A stretch of DNA of 64,000 bases from the human T2T-CHM13v2.0 reference genome, Homo sapiens, in the NCBI RefSeq assembly GCF_009914755.1, contig NC_060942.1. One strand, 5' to 3'. Every line of letters begins with the position of its first letter. Within the stretch, counting starts at the first letter, position 1. This document shows positions 1-15,229 of this stretch, one piece after another. Position numbers and translations under genes: made by a program. Below the pieces are notes generated by a model, which was not told the origin of the DNA, ran no database searches, and saw only the letters and a list, made by a program, of their open reading frames with translations.

Positions 1-192
1 GATAACAATTTGACATGTGCTTGATCTTTTCCCCAGAACTTAATTTTTATTGTATTTTACAAGAGTATCGTTTTGCATCAGATTAGAAATTTTACAGATG
101 TGGTCTTTCATCACAGTTTGAGAAGCACTAGTCTCAACAAGGACTGGGGTATAAAATAGCTTTCTCCATCTGTTTTTGCATTACTGCATTTA

Positions 193-900
<708 letters not shown>

Positions 901-926
901 GTGGGAGACGAGGCTGGAGAAAGGCT

Positions 927-1280
927 GTGGTTGTTTGTTTTACTGTCCAACATTTGTTGTCAGCCCCTCTGTACAGGAAGATTATAATTCTTCCCACATT
1001 GACCAAGTCCATTTGGGCCTACGAAATGTGAGCGGAGGTGGCACGAGCCCCTTCTGAGCAGATTCTCTGAAAGCCCTCATGAGTTATTCCAGCCCCTTTC
1101 ACTCTGCCACAGCCCTGGCATGGCCCAGTTAGGGGCTGTCTGTCATCCTGGGTCCTGGAATGGGGACTTGTGCAGCAAAGTCAACCCTCAAGGAACATGA
1201 GATGAGAGTAGAAAATAATGCTTGGATGTTGTAAGCCACTAAAATGTGTCACCACAGGGAGACATTACCTCTGCTGACCG
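927..1280 (+). mobile_element. MaLR LTR (MLT1I/J-like)
   Basis: gaaatgtgagcggaggtggca...cttctgagcaga, catcctgggtcc and gttgtaagccact motifs of old MLT1 LTRs. Confidence 0.6.
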
Positions 1281-2146
1281 GTCCCAGAGGCCAGCATGTC
1301 GCCCATCCCGGCACATGGCAGAGGAAACCCAGAGCAGGGCTGTCGTGCCCCCGTGCGTCAGTTAACCCTGAACACCAGTTCCCAGCCCCACACTGTGGCT
1401 GCTAAGCAGCAGCCAGGTTCCTCAACAGGTACTCAATTTTGAGCAGAGAATTAGGAGAGCTCTGACTTCTCAGTTTTTATAGAGTGCCCGGCTGTGTTGC
1501 ACCAAGTCAGACAGGGAGAATGCCATCTGTCAGCCGTGGCATTCTGAATGAATCTTAAGGCACATCATTTAGAGAGAATGCTATAACAGAAAATGAAAGG
1601 CAGCATGATGTAAAAGGAACAAAGGCCCTGTTCTGCAGTTCCAAAGCTTTTACCTGGCAAAATTTAAACCAATATGTTGACAAAAATCAATGAAAGAAAA
1701 CTATGCTCTCAAAGATTGTTGTGTAACAAGGGGGAAGTCTTGAGATGCTCAAATCTAAGAGTTTCCAAGTGGCATGCAAAATTTCATGTCATTTCTCCAC
1801 ATCTTTGGGAATATGGTGGGTGTTAGTTACCTAATCAACAGTTAACATAATCATCGTTCTGTTCTGAATCTAAGGTAGATTCTTCCATTTGAAAATTCAA
1901 AATTCACAGTTTTATGGCTCATTAAGACCCTTCCCTGGTCCCTAGGGGCAGCTACCCCTCAATGCTGCCCCCACTCCACAATACCAGTATTGATGGTCAA
2001 ATTCACCTCTGCCTAGCATTCCCCTCCCTATTGGAGGTGCTGTCAAAACAGCATGCATGCCCTCCAATTCAGCAGCTTGAAGAGAGCATCTTTGAGATTT
2101 CATTACCCAGCACAATGGACTGGCTGTTAATGTTCACAATGGTCAT

Positions 2147-2508
2147 GTGAATATTCTTCACATAAGCAAAATTCATAAGTTGTAATCCTAACCCCCAGTG
2201 TGATGGTTATTAGGATGTAGGGCTTTTGAGAGGTGATTGGGTCATAAGGGGTCTCATGAATGAAATTATTAGTGCCCTTTAAAGAAAAGACATGAGAGTT
2301 TGCTTTGTCTGCTCTCCACCACATGAGAATACAAGGAGAAGGTGGCTGTCAGCAACCCAGAAGAGAGCCCTCACCAGAACCCGATTATATTTACATTAGC
2401 TCAATGATCTCAGACTTCCAGCCTCCAGAACTATGGGAAATGAATGTCTGTTATTTATAAGACAGTCTGGGGTATGTTGTTATATTATAGCCTGAGCTAA
2501 CTAAGACA
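2147..2508 (+). mobile_element. MaLR solo LTR (MLT1A0-like)
   Basis: gaggtgattgggtcat, ccctcaccagaacc, cagacttccagcctccagaact; ends ctaagaca. Confidence 0.85.
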
Positions 2509-2870
2509 CCTGGACCCACAGATGACACTGGTCATCATATCCTGCTAAACATCCATCCTTTAGATATCTATCAGTGTCCCTGCAGATGGCTCTGAGAGGA
2601 ACACTGGTGTGGGTGAACAAGAAAAGCATTCCAAGTGAACAGCCATGGCAGAGGTTCTGCGGACTCTCTAGGCTCCCTGCCCTGGCATACATAGCCCCAG
2701 GGTTCTTTCCTCATGGTAACTACATAGTGCAGGAGACTGTGGTTACTTTACTTCTGAGATTCTCTTCAATGCAAAATTTATTCTTATAAGTTTGTGTATT
2801 AAGTTATGTTATATTAATTTTATGTATTACATTATTTTTCTACATTTGTATTATAGAAACACTTTCATAG

Positions 2871-3245
<375 letters not shown>

Positions 3246-3272
3246 TGAAACTGTGAACTGTGATTGGAAGAA

Positions 3273-3700
3273 CAGTTGACTCCTGAACAACACAGGTTTG
3301 AATTGTATGAATCCACTTATACGCAGATTTTCTTCCACCTCTTCTACCCATGAGACAGCAAGACCAACCCATCTTCTTCCTCCTCCTCCCCAGCCTACTC
3401 AACATGAAGATGATGAGGCTGAAGACCTTCATGATGATCCACTTCCACTTAATGAAGAGTGCATCTATTTTCTCTTCCTATGGTTTTCTTAATAGCATTG
3501 TTTTCTTTATTTTAAGAATATAGTATATAATACATATAAAATACAAAATAATGTGTTAATCAACTGTTTGTGTTATCAGTGAGGCTTCCATCAAGAGTAG
3601 GCTCTTAGTCGTTAAGTTTCTGGGAGTCAAAAGTTATGCGCAGATTTTCAACTGCACGGGGGTCCACACCCCAAGCCTCACTTTATGCAAGGGTCAACTG
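3273..3700 (+). mobile_element. Tigger2a (MER28) non-autonomous TcMar DNA transposon
   Basis: TIRs cagttgactcctgaacaa ... ttatgcaagggtcaactg, followed by TA; internal gagacagcaagaccaaccc...gatgatccacttccacttaatga. Confidence 0.88.
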
Positions 3701-4847
3701 TATTGGCAATGTAATAAAATCCATTCACAGCCCTTCATTCTTCTAAGGCTTTGACTTTTCCTGCATTTCAACTATTATTCAAAGATGGCAGCATCTTAAG
3801 GCCAAAACTATGTTTCCAGGTCCTCCTTTCCCTTTTATTTCTTTCTTATACTAACTCCTACATTTTTGTTACTGTCAGAAGGTAAACTACCTCTCTCTGA
3901 GCCAAGAAATAACAAGGATCTTCTCACAAGTTTAAAGTTGAAGACAGAAAGATAGTATTACAGATACATTGAGGGAAAACCAGTTGATCTAGGGTAGTTA
4001 GGGGGATTGGGTTGTATAGACATTAAGTGTTCATTAAGTGTTCTTCACTGAAGAAATTTTTTGTAATGTAAATGATTATTTGTATACAGGAAACAAGGCT
4101 GTTACAAGAGCCTTGTAGCTCTTGGAGATGATGCATGTGTAGCATCCATCATAATAACCCCTTGTTATTACCTCAAACAAGACCAGGAATCCTAATTGTG
4201 CCCAGAATCTAAACCATATAAGTAGAATCAGATAGAACCAAAGCTCAGACTCTTGCTCTAATACACAAAGAATTAATTTATTAATAATTATTTTGTTAGC
4301 ATTAGTGGTATTCAATGCCCAGTGGTGGGGGGTACACTTGTTGACAATAATTATTATTCCTGTTCAACTGAAGCTGTCACTTACATCAAATACAAGTGTA
4401 TTTTTATCCATTTTAGGATGTAGGAATTAATATTGGTTTTTGTCATTGTCTTCAAATCTTTTAAAATAATCTCTAAGTTAGAATTCATAAATCACAAGCC
4501 TACAGCAATAATTTTTTCCTGTCTCTTTAAAAAAAAACACAAGAGTGAGAGAAGAAATGAGAGGGGAAGGGAAAGGAAGAAATACAGGCACTTTCATTTG
4601 TAAAGTCTATACTTTTGTCTCTTTGTACATCTAAACAGCTACACAAGTGACACTACGGTGTCATTCAATATGTATTGAACTGAGGGCAACTCCCTGGTGG
4701 GAATGAGAGATAGGGGACTTGTCTTGAAGCTGTGTTCACATAGTGAGGACACTGTTTATACTTAGATCTTGTGATTATTTGGGATGGTTGGGATCACAGT
4801 GGGGTTCTAACCCACCCTTCTCAGAAGCCCTTGAAACTACTGTGCCT

Positions 4848-5050
4848 GAATTCAGATACCCTGAATGCCTGCTGCATGCCATGCACTGTTCTAGTTGCTG
4901 GGACTGCAACAGTGATCAAAAATGTTATTCTTCCTCCAGGGAGCTAGCAGTGGATATGGGAAAATAAGCAAGTAATTATAGAAGAGTGCCAGGATGGTTT
5001 GTGACAAAGTAGACCAAAAGGAGAGTGCTGAGGGACAAAACCAGAAGGCA
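4848..5050 (-). mobile_element. L2 fragment
   Basis: ctgaatgcctgctgcatgccatgcactgttctagttgctggg resembles the reverse L2 3' end. Confidence 0.6.
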
Positions 5051-5299
5051 GAACAAGAAGGAGGGAGGACAAGTTCGTTTGTAGCAATCAAGTCATGGCA
5101 ATTTGGATCCATACATGAAGTGCCTACTCTATCATCAGAGAGACTGTATTTGGTGTCAATACACTGACAGCATTCAGTGGAGGATCATTTCCTTGGAGAA
5201 GAGATCCGGTTCCCATCTTTAAACTTGACCTTTTTCAATCACAAGGTTAGAGAAGGGCTGTTCTTGAATTTCCCTGGTGTAATGTCCCAGAAAGGTGAG

Positions 5300-5488
5300 G
5301 ACTTAGAAGTCAGTATCTAGTACTGCTATTTACTCGCTGTTTGAGGATGAGGAAGTTATTCAAACACTCAGGACTTCAGCTCCCTCAGCATCAAAATATC
5401 ACCTTCTAGTGTTATACTGAGGATTAAATGAAGTTGTGTATGTAAAGCACAGTGCTCTCCTTTCAGTAGGTGCTCAACAATTGTTCCT
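5300..5488 (+). mobile_element. MIR SINE
   Basis: MIR core/3' motifs: tgaggattaaatga...tgtaaagcac...agtaggtgctcaacaa. Confidence 0.75.
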
Positions 5489-6859
5489 TGCCGTTTTGTC
5501 TTTTTCATCTTCAGTGTAGATGACCTCTGAGAGCAAACGTTTAGCTCCTCACTCACTTCATATACACATGCACGTGCACACTCCTACTCACCCACAGCTC
5601 AAATTCTATTTCAGTAGAACTCCTAAATAATCCTCCTGAGCACTGCCCTTGGTCCTTTCTCCTGTGGTCACAGGTCCAGGAATGTGAAGCCTGTGCTGCC
5701 TTTCTCTGCTGAGAGCCCTAACGCAGATAGGGATAAACATGGGGTTTAGCACCTACTCTGCCAGGAGGGGCAAACAGCCCCGTCTACACTGCAGCTGCCC
5801 CTCTGATCTCCACTAATAGAGAAAAAGAAGTCAAAGCGACATGCTCCCACTTTTGATTTTATTTTGATGTTTGAAATGAAAGATATTTATAAAGTGCTCC
5901 TATCTAAAAATATCTAAGCAAATTGATCTAGCTTACAAATCTGAAAGAACATTTATGCAATTCCCTTCTGAAAATCTGAGCTTTTCAAACACATTAACAT
6001 CTATTGGTCCCAGAGAAGGCCTTGTCAACCCCTCCTCAGCATAAATTATAAATGCCCTGTTGCTTCAAAGTCTCTTTAGCTTTAGTACAGTATTTCTTTC
6101 CTTTAAACATGAAACCGATTAGAAGAGAGTTGGAAATATCATTTGAGGTTATATAAAACAAAAGAGATGCTCCTAAAGAAATAAGAATACTCTCAACCGA
6201 AAGAGAGAATGTAAACCCTCAGGAAATGAGCTACAACAAACCTATGAATCCCATCGGGAAACCAAATAATAAGCAAGGGAAATTAATAATGAATGAAAAA
6301 ATAGATTGGAACTGGATACTCTAAACTCCACAGGAGCAAAAAGTCTCCTCCTGCCTGTTGTGACATCGGCTTTCCTTCTCATTTATTTAAATCAAGAGCA
6401 GGGCAAATCCTGGGTTGACCCTAGCAAATATGTAGTCTTCAGAAATTTCACTCTGTGATACATTAAGAGGCACATTGGGGTATATGTATATAGGGGTTTG
6501 ATTTTTAATATAGTAAAAATTAGGAGTTTATCCAAAAGCACACTTCATTTTAAGACTTGTGGGGTTTCCTGCAACAGAATAATATCCCAGAGGATAGAGC
6601 AGAGTGGATCATACTCCCAGCCAAGAAAGAGTTAAGTCTACCACCTGCTCTTTGTACCTAAATATGTAATTATTATATCTGGTGCTGCTGAAGCCCTACA
6701 CACTTGCCAACTAGTTAATCTACTCTGGCAATTTATCACTCACCTATGTTTGTAGAAATTCAGATAGAGCATCATTCTGCTTGAGACGGATGGGTAGCAC
6801 CCATCATCATAACTCCTTGGTAAACCCATCCTTGGTAAAGCCATCAACACATCTTTAAA

Positions 6860-7300
<441 letters not shown>

Positions 7301-7544
7301 CAAACCTCTGGACATTGTTCTTACACATGGCACCTTGCCCTCACTGAACATTATTTCCTTCATTTAACCCTGCTTAAGCAGCAATTAAACATAGCTTGAA
7401 TAAAAACTGATATCAAATAACTTAAACCTCTGTTCACTAAAATCTCGAGTTCAGGATTGTAAGCTACTATTTAGAGCACATTAGTATAAAACATTTCAGC
7501 CTATACTACCTTCGAATATACCATGTATGTATATAATATATTAT

Positions 7545-7665
7545 TATCCCAATTTTGTAAACTGGACAGCTGAGACTCAAAGCCCTTAATCTTCTCCAAG
7601 TCACACAGCTGGTGCATGGCAGTTGCGGACCCTGGTCCCAGCTCTTCAACTTCAGGACTTGCACT
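7545..7665 (-). mobile_element. MIR fragment
   Basis: attatcccaattttg...ctgagactca...ccaagtcacacagctgg. Confidence 0.65.
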
Positions 7666-8641
7666 ATTCGTTTTCAAAATGCCCCTTCTAGGTCATCTGC
7701 CACAATACAGACTTTAGGAGATGGTTCCCCTATTTTCAATAACCATATCACGATGCTCAAATTATATCCCAAGAAAAGGTCTATCTGCACCTGAGCTCTA
7801 CCTAGGATCAGCAGAAAGTGTGTAGGAGCCTTCAGCTGGATCAGAAACTAAACCTAGGATCAGGACGTCCTGTGACAACTGAACCATCGATTCCTTGTTG
7901 CAACTGGCTTGCCTGCCCGGAATTTGTCATCTATTGTCTTCTGACGGACAATACTTGATAATGTGTAATCTCTTTCATTACTGCCCTACGATCTGCTGTG
8001 ACACTTAAAGCATGTCTTCTTCCAAATATGTGCCTTTTCTGCTCTAATTCCTAACTTGCCCCTCCATTCTAAGCTCCCACATTAACTTTGGTTCTCTGCC
8101 TAGCATCCACTGGTACCCAACTCCTAGCAACTCCTGCCTTTTCTTTGGTATGACAGAAGAGTGAAAAGAAAAAACCGGCTCTGCAAACATCTTGGTTCTG
8201 GCAGTGAAAACTCCTTTAAGTTTTAAATAGCAGAGCTAATTTTCCATTTAATCTCAGGAAACCTGAAACATTTCTCCTTTGGATATCTAATTTTGTTATT
8301 TATGCCATAGAACATAAAATTTATCCAGATTAACTTAATGAATATTTAGTAACATAAAACTTTTGCAAACTGCCTCAGTAGGTTCTTTCCAGATTGACAT
8401 GTTTCATAAAGTATAGATCAGAGCATTTCAAATAAAATTTCCACAAGATTTTAAATAGCAATTTGAAACTACCTCATAACATTGCCATTCTATTAATACA
8501 AGTCTGTGATACTCTCTATTCATTCTTCATTTTTATCTTGGATGTATTGGGCTTCTTTTTGTTGTTCTTTGAGTCCATTTCTATGACAATCACCTTCTAG
8601 ACTGCTTTCACCTTCTGAAGATTTACTTTTCAATGGTAACA

Positions 8642-9009
8642 TGCTGTGGTTTGAACGTTTGTGTCCCTCCAAAATTCATGTTGAAATGTAATCTCCAAGG
8701 CAACAGCATTAAGAGACGGGTCTTTAGAAGGTGATTAGGCCATGAGATTTTCACCCTCGTGGATGGAATAAGTGCCTTAAAAAGAAGTGGAGGGAACTAG
8801 CAAGGCCCTTTTTGCCCTTTTGCCATTTGAGAACACAGCAAAAAATGCAACATCTTAGAAGCACAGACCAGGCCCCACCAGGCACCAAACCTGCTGCCAC
8901 CTTGATCTTGGACTTCCCAGCCTCTAGAACTGTGAGAAAATATTTTTTTTTCTTCATAAATTAGCCAACGTCAGGCAGTTTGTTATAGCAGCACAAATGA
9001 ACTAAGACG
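8642..9009 (+). mobile_element. MaLR solo LTR (MLT1A/MSTD-like)
   Basis: tgctgtggtttgaacgtttgtgtccctccaaaattcatgttg ... cttgatcttggacttcccagcctctagaactgtgag ... actaagac. Confidence 0.88.
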
Positions 9010-9689
9010 CAACATAATTTTTCCCTATTTACTGATGACCAGAAGAGCTTTTGTAGCAAAAATTGCCCCACATCTCCTCACCCTTCACTGACCCCTCACC
9101 CCGCCCATTCTTCCCCCACCCGCCCTGTCTCATGATAGCCCCATTAGTCCAGACAATTCTGAAACAGCTATCACATTCCACTACCGAATACTGTGATTCT
9201 ATTACTCCCCTATATGATCTTTTATTTTGAATTAGCTTGTGGAAAAAAAGCTAAATGCACACAAAAATGATAATACAGTAAAAGCACAAATTCATGAGAG
9301 AAGTTAAGAAGAGATGTAGAAATCAAAATAAAACAACATTCATTTTTTCATTTTCTCACATTGTTTCCAAGACCTCTCTTTAATCTAAAAGACATTAAAG
9401 TCTAAGCCACCAGCAGTTCCTCTAGACACTACTCCACAAACAGTTGGTTAGAAAGGCATGATTTGCTTTCAACTTACTTGTAAATAGGGTTTTAGAAATT
9501 CCTCTGCACTGTCTACTCCCTGTTGAGAAACTGATCTTTATACAAGTAGCTTTTGAAAAAACTTCTTGAGAGGAAAAAAAATTAGAAAAATATAAATCAA
9601 AAGAAGTATTATTATTTTTTATTTAAAAAGTTTTTTCAAATAAAATTGATTTTCATACAAATTCAATAAAATTCATATTCTTGTACATT

Positions 9690-9895
9690 AGTAGTGCCAG
9701 GCTGAGAATTTTCCAAGTACTTTTCACCTACTAAGACTTTATCCTCACAAATCTTTTTTTTTAAGTTATCTTGATCTTTTTATTATACAGATGAGGAAAC
9801 TGAGACAGGGGCACACAGCTGAACAGTTGGTGAAGCAGGGTTTAAACCCGGGCTGTCTCATTTCTTGGTCCAGGCTTTTAGCCACAGTGATGCTG
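9690..9895 (-). mobile_element. MIR
   Basis: MIR core tacagatgaggaaactgagac...cacacagct...gggtttaaaccc. Confidence 0.75.
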
Positions 9896-10869
9896 TATCA
9901 CTTCTTCTAGGAAAGTCATTTGACAAAATAACTCAAGGGGAATAAAAATACCCATGCACTTGGAACTCTCAATCTCACTTTTAGGAAATTAAGAATACAA
10001 ATTTGTCAATATCTATATTCATCAAGATGTTTATCTTAGCATCACATGAAATAGTAAAAAATGTAAACTTTCAGCAATAGGGTAATATAATATTTTAAAT
10101 TAAGGTTACATTAAGTAGTCTTTGATGATTATATTTATGGAAGCAGAGTAACAGCATAAAAATGTTATAGAAAAAAGTTATTAAATGGTATTTTTACAAT
10201 GATTATAAATAACAAATCATGTCTGTGAAAAAATAACTTTAAAGATTTTTAACAGACATGATGGGTGTTAAATGAAAACTCATGCTTCATTTTGACTTAC
10301 TATACTGACAGCCATAGCTTACTTCACAGGAAAAAAAAAACTGCCTTTCTGAAAACGTATTATAAAACACATCTATATATTAAACCTTATCATATACATC
10401 AAAATGTAGGAAGAAGAAGAGATTTTAATATAAATCAAGAGACAGATTATCTAGGAAAATCTTGAGCCCAAATGTAAGTTTTTAAAAATCTTCCTAAGTA
10501 TATAGCATCCCTGACAGGAGTATAATTATCACTGCTTTGGATGGCATTTGACAAGGGTCTATACAGTATTTAAACCCTGAAGCCAGGCAAATTCCAAATC
10601 TAGAAAGTATTCTGAAAATAATTTTAGAAAATAATTTTAAGTGTGAAGAGTGCTGTGAAACTGAAGTTATAAACTTAAATTGGGACATCTAATTAGAGAA
10701 GAATGTAACCTTGAATGGAAGAGGTGCCTGAGGAAGTCAAGTTTATGCTTCAACTTTGAAGGACTTGTCTGAGCCAGGTGAAGATGTGGTGGAAGGAAGT
10801 GCAGACCACTAGCACCAGAGTGGACAGTTCAGAGTTGGGGGAGAGTAGGGCAGGTTTAAGAGTTGAAAG

Positions 10870-11011
10870 TTTATGATAAATTGCTTAATAGCTACAGTGT
10901 ACATTATTCAGGTGATGGGATACAGTAAAAGCCAAGACTTCACCACTATGCAATATATTCATGTAACAAAATTGCAGTTGTGCCCCTTAAATTAATACAA
11001 ATAAAAAAAAA
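10870..11011 (+). mobile_element. L1MA-type 3' terminal fragment within L2-like sequence (~10700-11370, minus strand)
   Basis: gtacattattcaggtgatgg...gacttcaccactatgcaatatattcatgtaacaaaattgca followed by poly(A). Confidence 0.8.
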
Positions 11012-11505
11012 CCAGAAAGATAACCAGTTTAGTTAGAGTGAGACAAATGTAGAATAGCATTCAGAAGTCTGGGTAAGTGGACAGAGGCAGATTCTAGAGC
11101 ACTCTAAAAGTCATTTACATGATTTTGATGGATGTTGACCCTACATGCATTGGGAACCCTGAAAAAGAGATTCCAGCTAGGTTTGCATGTTTAAATCATT
11201 GTCCTTGAAGCAGTGAAGGCAGAAAGGACAAGAAGGAAAAATCTGGAGAGCAGCAAGATTGGAAGCAAGGGTCAACCTAGAAGGCTATGGTTGTGTTCAA
11301 GAGAGTGTGATGACTTAGGAAAGGGCCATGGCAACAAGGACAGAGGCAAGAGTGAGGAAAGAGGTACGTGCAAGCTCCAGAAAGTCAAGGCTGGTTGTCT
11401 TATTCACATTTCCCCCTCAAGCCTAGTACAGCATCTGACTCTTTATACTTAATGAGTCTGAATGAGTGAGGGCAAAACAAGAAAAATGAACTCCACTGCT
11501 TAAGA

Positions 11506-11907
11506 TGTTAGTCAGTTCTCACAGTGCTATAAAGAAATACCTGAGGCTGAGTAATTTATAAGAAAAGAGCTTTAATTGTCTCAAGTTCTGCAGGCTGTAC
11601 AGGAAGAATAGTGGCTTCAGCTTCTGGGGAGGCCGCAGGAAACTTACAATCATGGCAGAAGGCAAGAATTGCATGGCAGAAGCAGGAGCAAGAGGGAGAA
11701 GGAGGAGGTGCCACACACTTTTAAAGGACCAGATCTCACTAGAAGTCGCTCACTATCTCGAGGACAGTTCCAAGAGGGACGGTGCTACACCATTCATGAG
11801 AAATCTGCCTCCATGTTCCAGCCACCCCCGACCACGATCGACCTCCAACATTGAGGATTACAATTCAACATGAGACTTCAGCAGGGACACAGAGCCAAAC
11901 TGTATCA
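11506..11907 (-). mobile_element. MST (MSTA/MSTB) solo LTR
   Basis: gctataaagaaatacctgag...ggaaacttacaatcatggcagaagg...caattcaacatgaga...ccaaactgtatca. Confidence 0.9.
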
Positions 11908-12569
11908 ACCTAGTTGGGTAGTGTTTTCAGGATCCGTAAACAGGGAAAAGAGCAGAGATGTGAATGGGGATTAAAAGGAAAGTCTACCAGTGGGAAATAC
12001 TCTGTGGCAGGAAAGGCCAGGTCACATTAAAACAGAGATGTCTAAATATTTAATTTTTAAGTGTTGATTGCGTTTTAAAATCTGCTGTACATGGTGATGG
12101 TCTTGGACAGTGGCATTGGATGGATGGGGGAGAAAGAATATGGAGTAGAAGTGTGGAAAGCAGTCACTGCAGCTGAGAGAAAGAACTGGGAACAAGACGC
12201 AGAAATGGCCAGCTTTTTAGGTTGATTTAGAAGAAATATAGACACCACCGCTACCCACCCTTCCCTGCAAAAAACACCTCAGCACAGAGGATAGCCTGGG
12301 GGTTTGGAGATATTCTGTTATACTCTATCGCGCTAAAACAGAAAACACTGGCAAAGGAAAGGTTTGAGTAGAGATGTTGATAACTTCAGTTTGGGGCTGT
12401 TATACATCCAGGTGGGAAAGCTTTATGCACACTGTGAGAGTTAGAAAATCAGAAATGCCTAAGAATATTAGAAAAGAAATATTTCAGTAAATCACAACAC
12501 AAAAACTTGGAAATTATGGAGCCAGAAAAATTATATTTACAAAGAAATTTCATGTCTTTTTCTCTAAAT

Positions 12570-12748
12570 TGGTGCTGCAAACAGAATACTGCAGGACCAA
12601 ACACAGCCCAGTAGTGTATTTTGTTTGGTCATTGTTCAGCAAGGTTTGAATTTCAGCACCGTGGATGGAGTGTGCATTCGGAAGCATGTCACAGTCCTCA
12701 CCATGCCCTATCATTGCATAATCTGCTGTGTTGAGTTTGAATGCTCTG
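12570..12748 (+). mobile_element. hAT-Charlie fragment (MER102-like)
   Basis: gcaaacaga...cagcccagtagtgtattttgtttgg...gagtttgaatgctctg. Confidence 0.45.
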
Positions 12749-12878
12749 AAAGGTTTATTCCAAAATTGTTAATACCAGCCTAGGAATACTAATGTGGTTA
12801 TCACAGAGAATCACAGGAAATTTTTACTTTCTGTGCATTATATACATAATTGATTTTATACCAAATGTATATTATTAC

Positions 12879-13168
<290 letters not shown>

Positions 13169-13755
13169 TATTATTTTTATGATCAGAAAAAATAAAAATA
13201 AAAAATAGAAGAAAATATGCCAAAATGTAAATGGTAGAAGTTAGGTGGTGTTTACTTTCTTCTTTATAGTTATTTTTCTATAATAGGCACATATCGCTTT
13301 GCAGTCAGATTAAAAATATACTAAAAAGCATGCGGCAAATGTTTTTAAATCATACTTAAGAAAAATTACAATTTGCTAACAGAATAATGCCAAAATTTAG
13401 TCAGAAAAATGTGTATAAAAGGTTGAGAATATGTTTATGCTGGGAACAAGAGCCTTTGTCTAATGAAAAAAACAATGTAACAAATCTTCCTCTCAGTTTA
13501 TCTGCAACCTAGTCATATTTCAAGACTTAATTCAAATTTTTCCTCTTCAAGACACTTTTCACAATAAAACCTCACTCTGTATCCCTCTTGTCCGTCAAAT
13601 GATTGCCAAATTATATGAAAATTTATCAGTCTATCATATTTATCCAATTCTTGTACTATTTCTTGCACTGAAAAAAGCCTTGCTTTACATACTGTCATAT
13701 TTCCTTTAGTAAATTTTCCTCTTCTTTCTTCAACTAGATTAAAAGTCCATGAGGA

Positions 13756-14058
13756 GGCCGGGTGCGGTGGCTCACGCCTATAATCCCAGCACCTTGGGAG
13801 GCGGAGGCATGCAGATCACCTGAGGTCAGGGATTCGAGACCAGCCTGGCCAACATGGTGAAACCCTGTTTCTACTGAAAATACAAAAATTAGCTGGGTGT
13901 GGTGGCACACGCCTATAATCCCAACTACTCGGGAGGCTGAGGCACAAGAATCGCTTGAACCCGGCGGGACAGAGGTTGCAATGAGCAGAGATCACGCCAC
14001 TGTACTCCAGACTGGGTGACAGAGCGAGAGAGACTCCGTCTCAAAAAACAAGAAAAAA
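13756..14058 (+). mobile_element. AluSx
   Basis: Full Alu; 15-bp TSD aaaagtccatgagga. Confidence 0.96.
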
Positions 14059-14248
14059 AAAAGTCCATGAGGAAAGAAAACATGTTCATGTCTTATTGTA
14101 TTGTACTCAACACAATGGGTTACACACAGTAGCCCTCAATTTGTATTTGTAGTCTGATTTTTACCTAAAAATGTCATCAATTTATTTCAAACTGGTAACC
14201 TTTCCTATTTTACTTGGTAGGATTTTCTATCCATTAAGAAAATTTTTA

Positions 14249-14463
14249 TAGGTTAAGGATAGAAGAGATAGAGATAATAAGAGATAATAGTACATTTTAA
14301 ACCGCAATATTCACATTACCTGGGTACGCTTATTTTGTGGAACATAATCAGCAAAAACTTAAATGGATAAATATATTTTCTGAAGCAAAGGAATTTACAC
14401 AGGAATGAAATTTGTGTAAAATGAGCCTCTGGTTTGTGCAGATAAACCCATTTCCTGATATAT
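14249..14463 (+). repeat. Left arm of ~215 bp inverted repeat
   Basis: Reverse complement of 15015-15229; about 16 substitutions and 2 indels by manual alignment. Confidence 0.95.
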
Positions 14464-14773
14464 GAATTTTATAATTAAGAATTGCTTTGTGTTGATGTTC
14501 TCGTGATAATTGCTTTGTGTGTAAATGCAGTTCTCTGGCAAGCTTCTTGCCTGAACACCAGAATCTTCATTGTTTCATGCAATTTTAAAGACCTGCCTCA
14601 CAAGTCACCAAGTCAGATTTCAGCCAGCAAGGATTCAATTTCAAATATTTAACAAATTTGCTTTGAGAAACAATTACATTAGTTGCTGGCACAACTAGAA
14701 AATCTCTTTTGTACCTCAATGAGTATTGGTTCATATTTATCAAGGCAAAAGTCATTATGCCTTCCCAAATGCG

Positions 14774-15020
14774 TATATATATATATACATATATATACAT
14801 ATATATGTATATATATATGTATGTATATATGTGTGTATATGTGTATATATGTAAGTATATATGTGTGTATATGTATATATACATATGCATGTGTGTATAT
14901 GTATATATACATATACATATACACACACATACACTCCTGTATATATACATATATATACATATATGTATATACACACAAACATACATATATGTGTGTGTAT
15001 ATAGATACACATCTATATAT
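14774..15020. repeat. Compound (TA/TG/CA)n microsatellite
   Basis: Directly visible; source of the Y/I/H-rich spurious ORFs. Confidence 0.97.
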
Positions 15021-15229
15021 CAGGGAATGGGTTTACTTGCACAAACCAGAGACTCATTTTACACAAATTTCAATCCTGTATAAATTCCTTTGTTTCAGAA
15101 AATATATTTATCCATTTAAATTTGTGCTGATTGTGTTCCACAAAATAAGGGTACTCAGGTAATGTGAATATTGCAGTTTAAAATGTACCATTATCTCTAT
15201 TACCTTTATCTCTTCTATCCTTTAACCTA
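15015..15229 (-). repeat. Right arm of ~215 bp inverted repeat
   Basis: Reverse complement of 14249-14463; flanked on both sides by (TA)n. Confidence 0.95.

Noticed and set aside
7798-7865. acctaggatcag twice and ggatcag three times
   Set aside because: Short and irregularly spaced; consistent with a small local duplication or chance
14585-15162. Five overlapping Y/I/H/C-rich ORFs
   Set aside because: Translations of the (TA/TG/CA)n microsatellite
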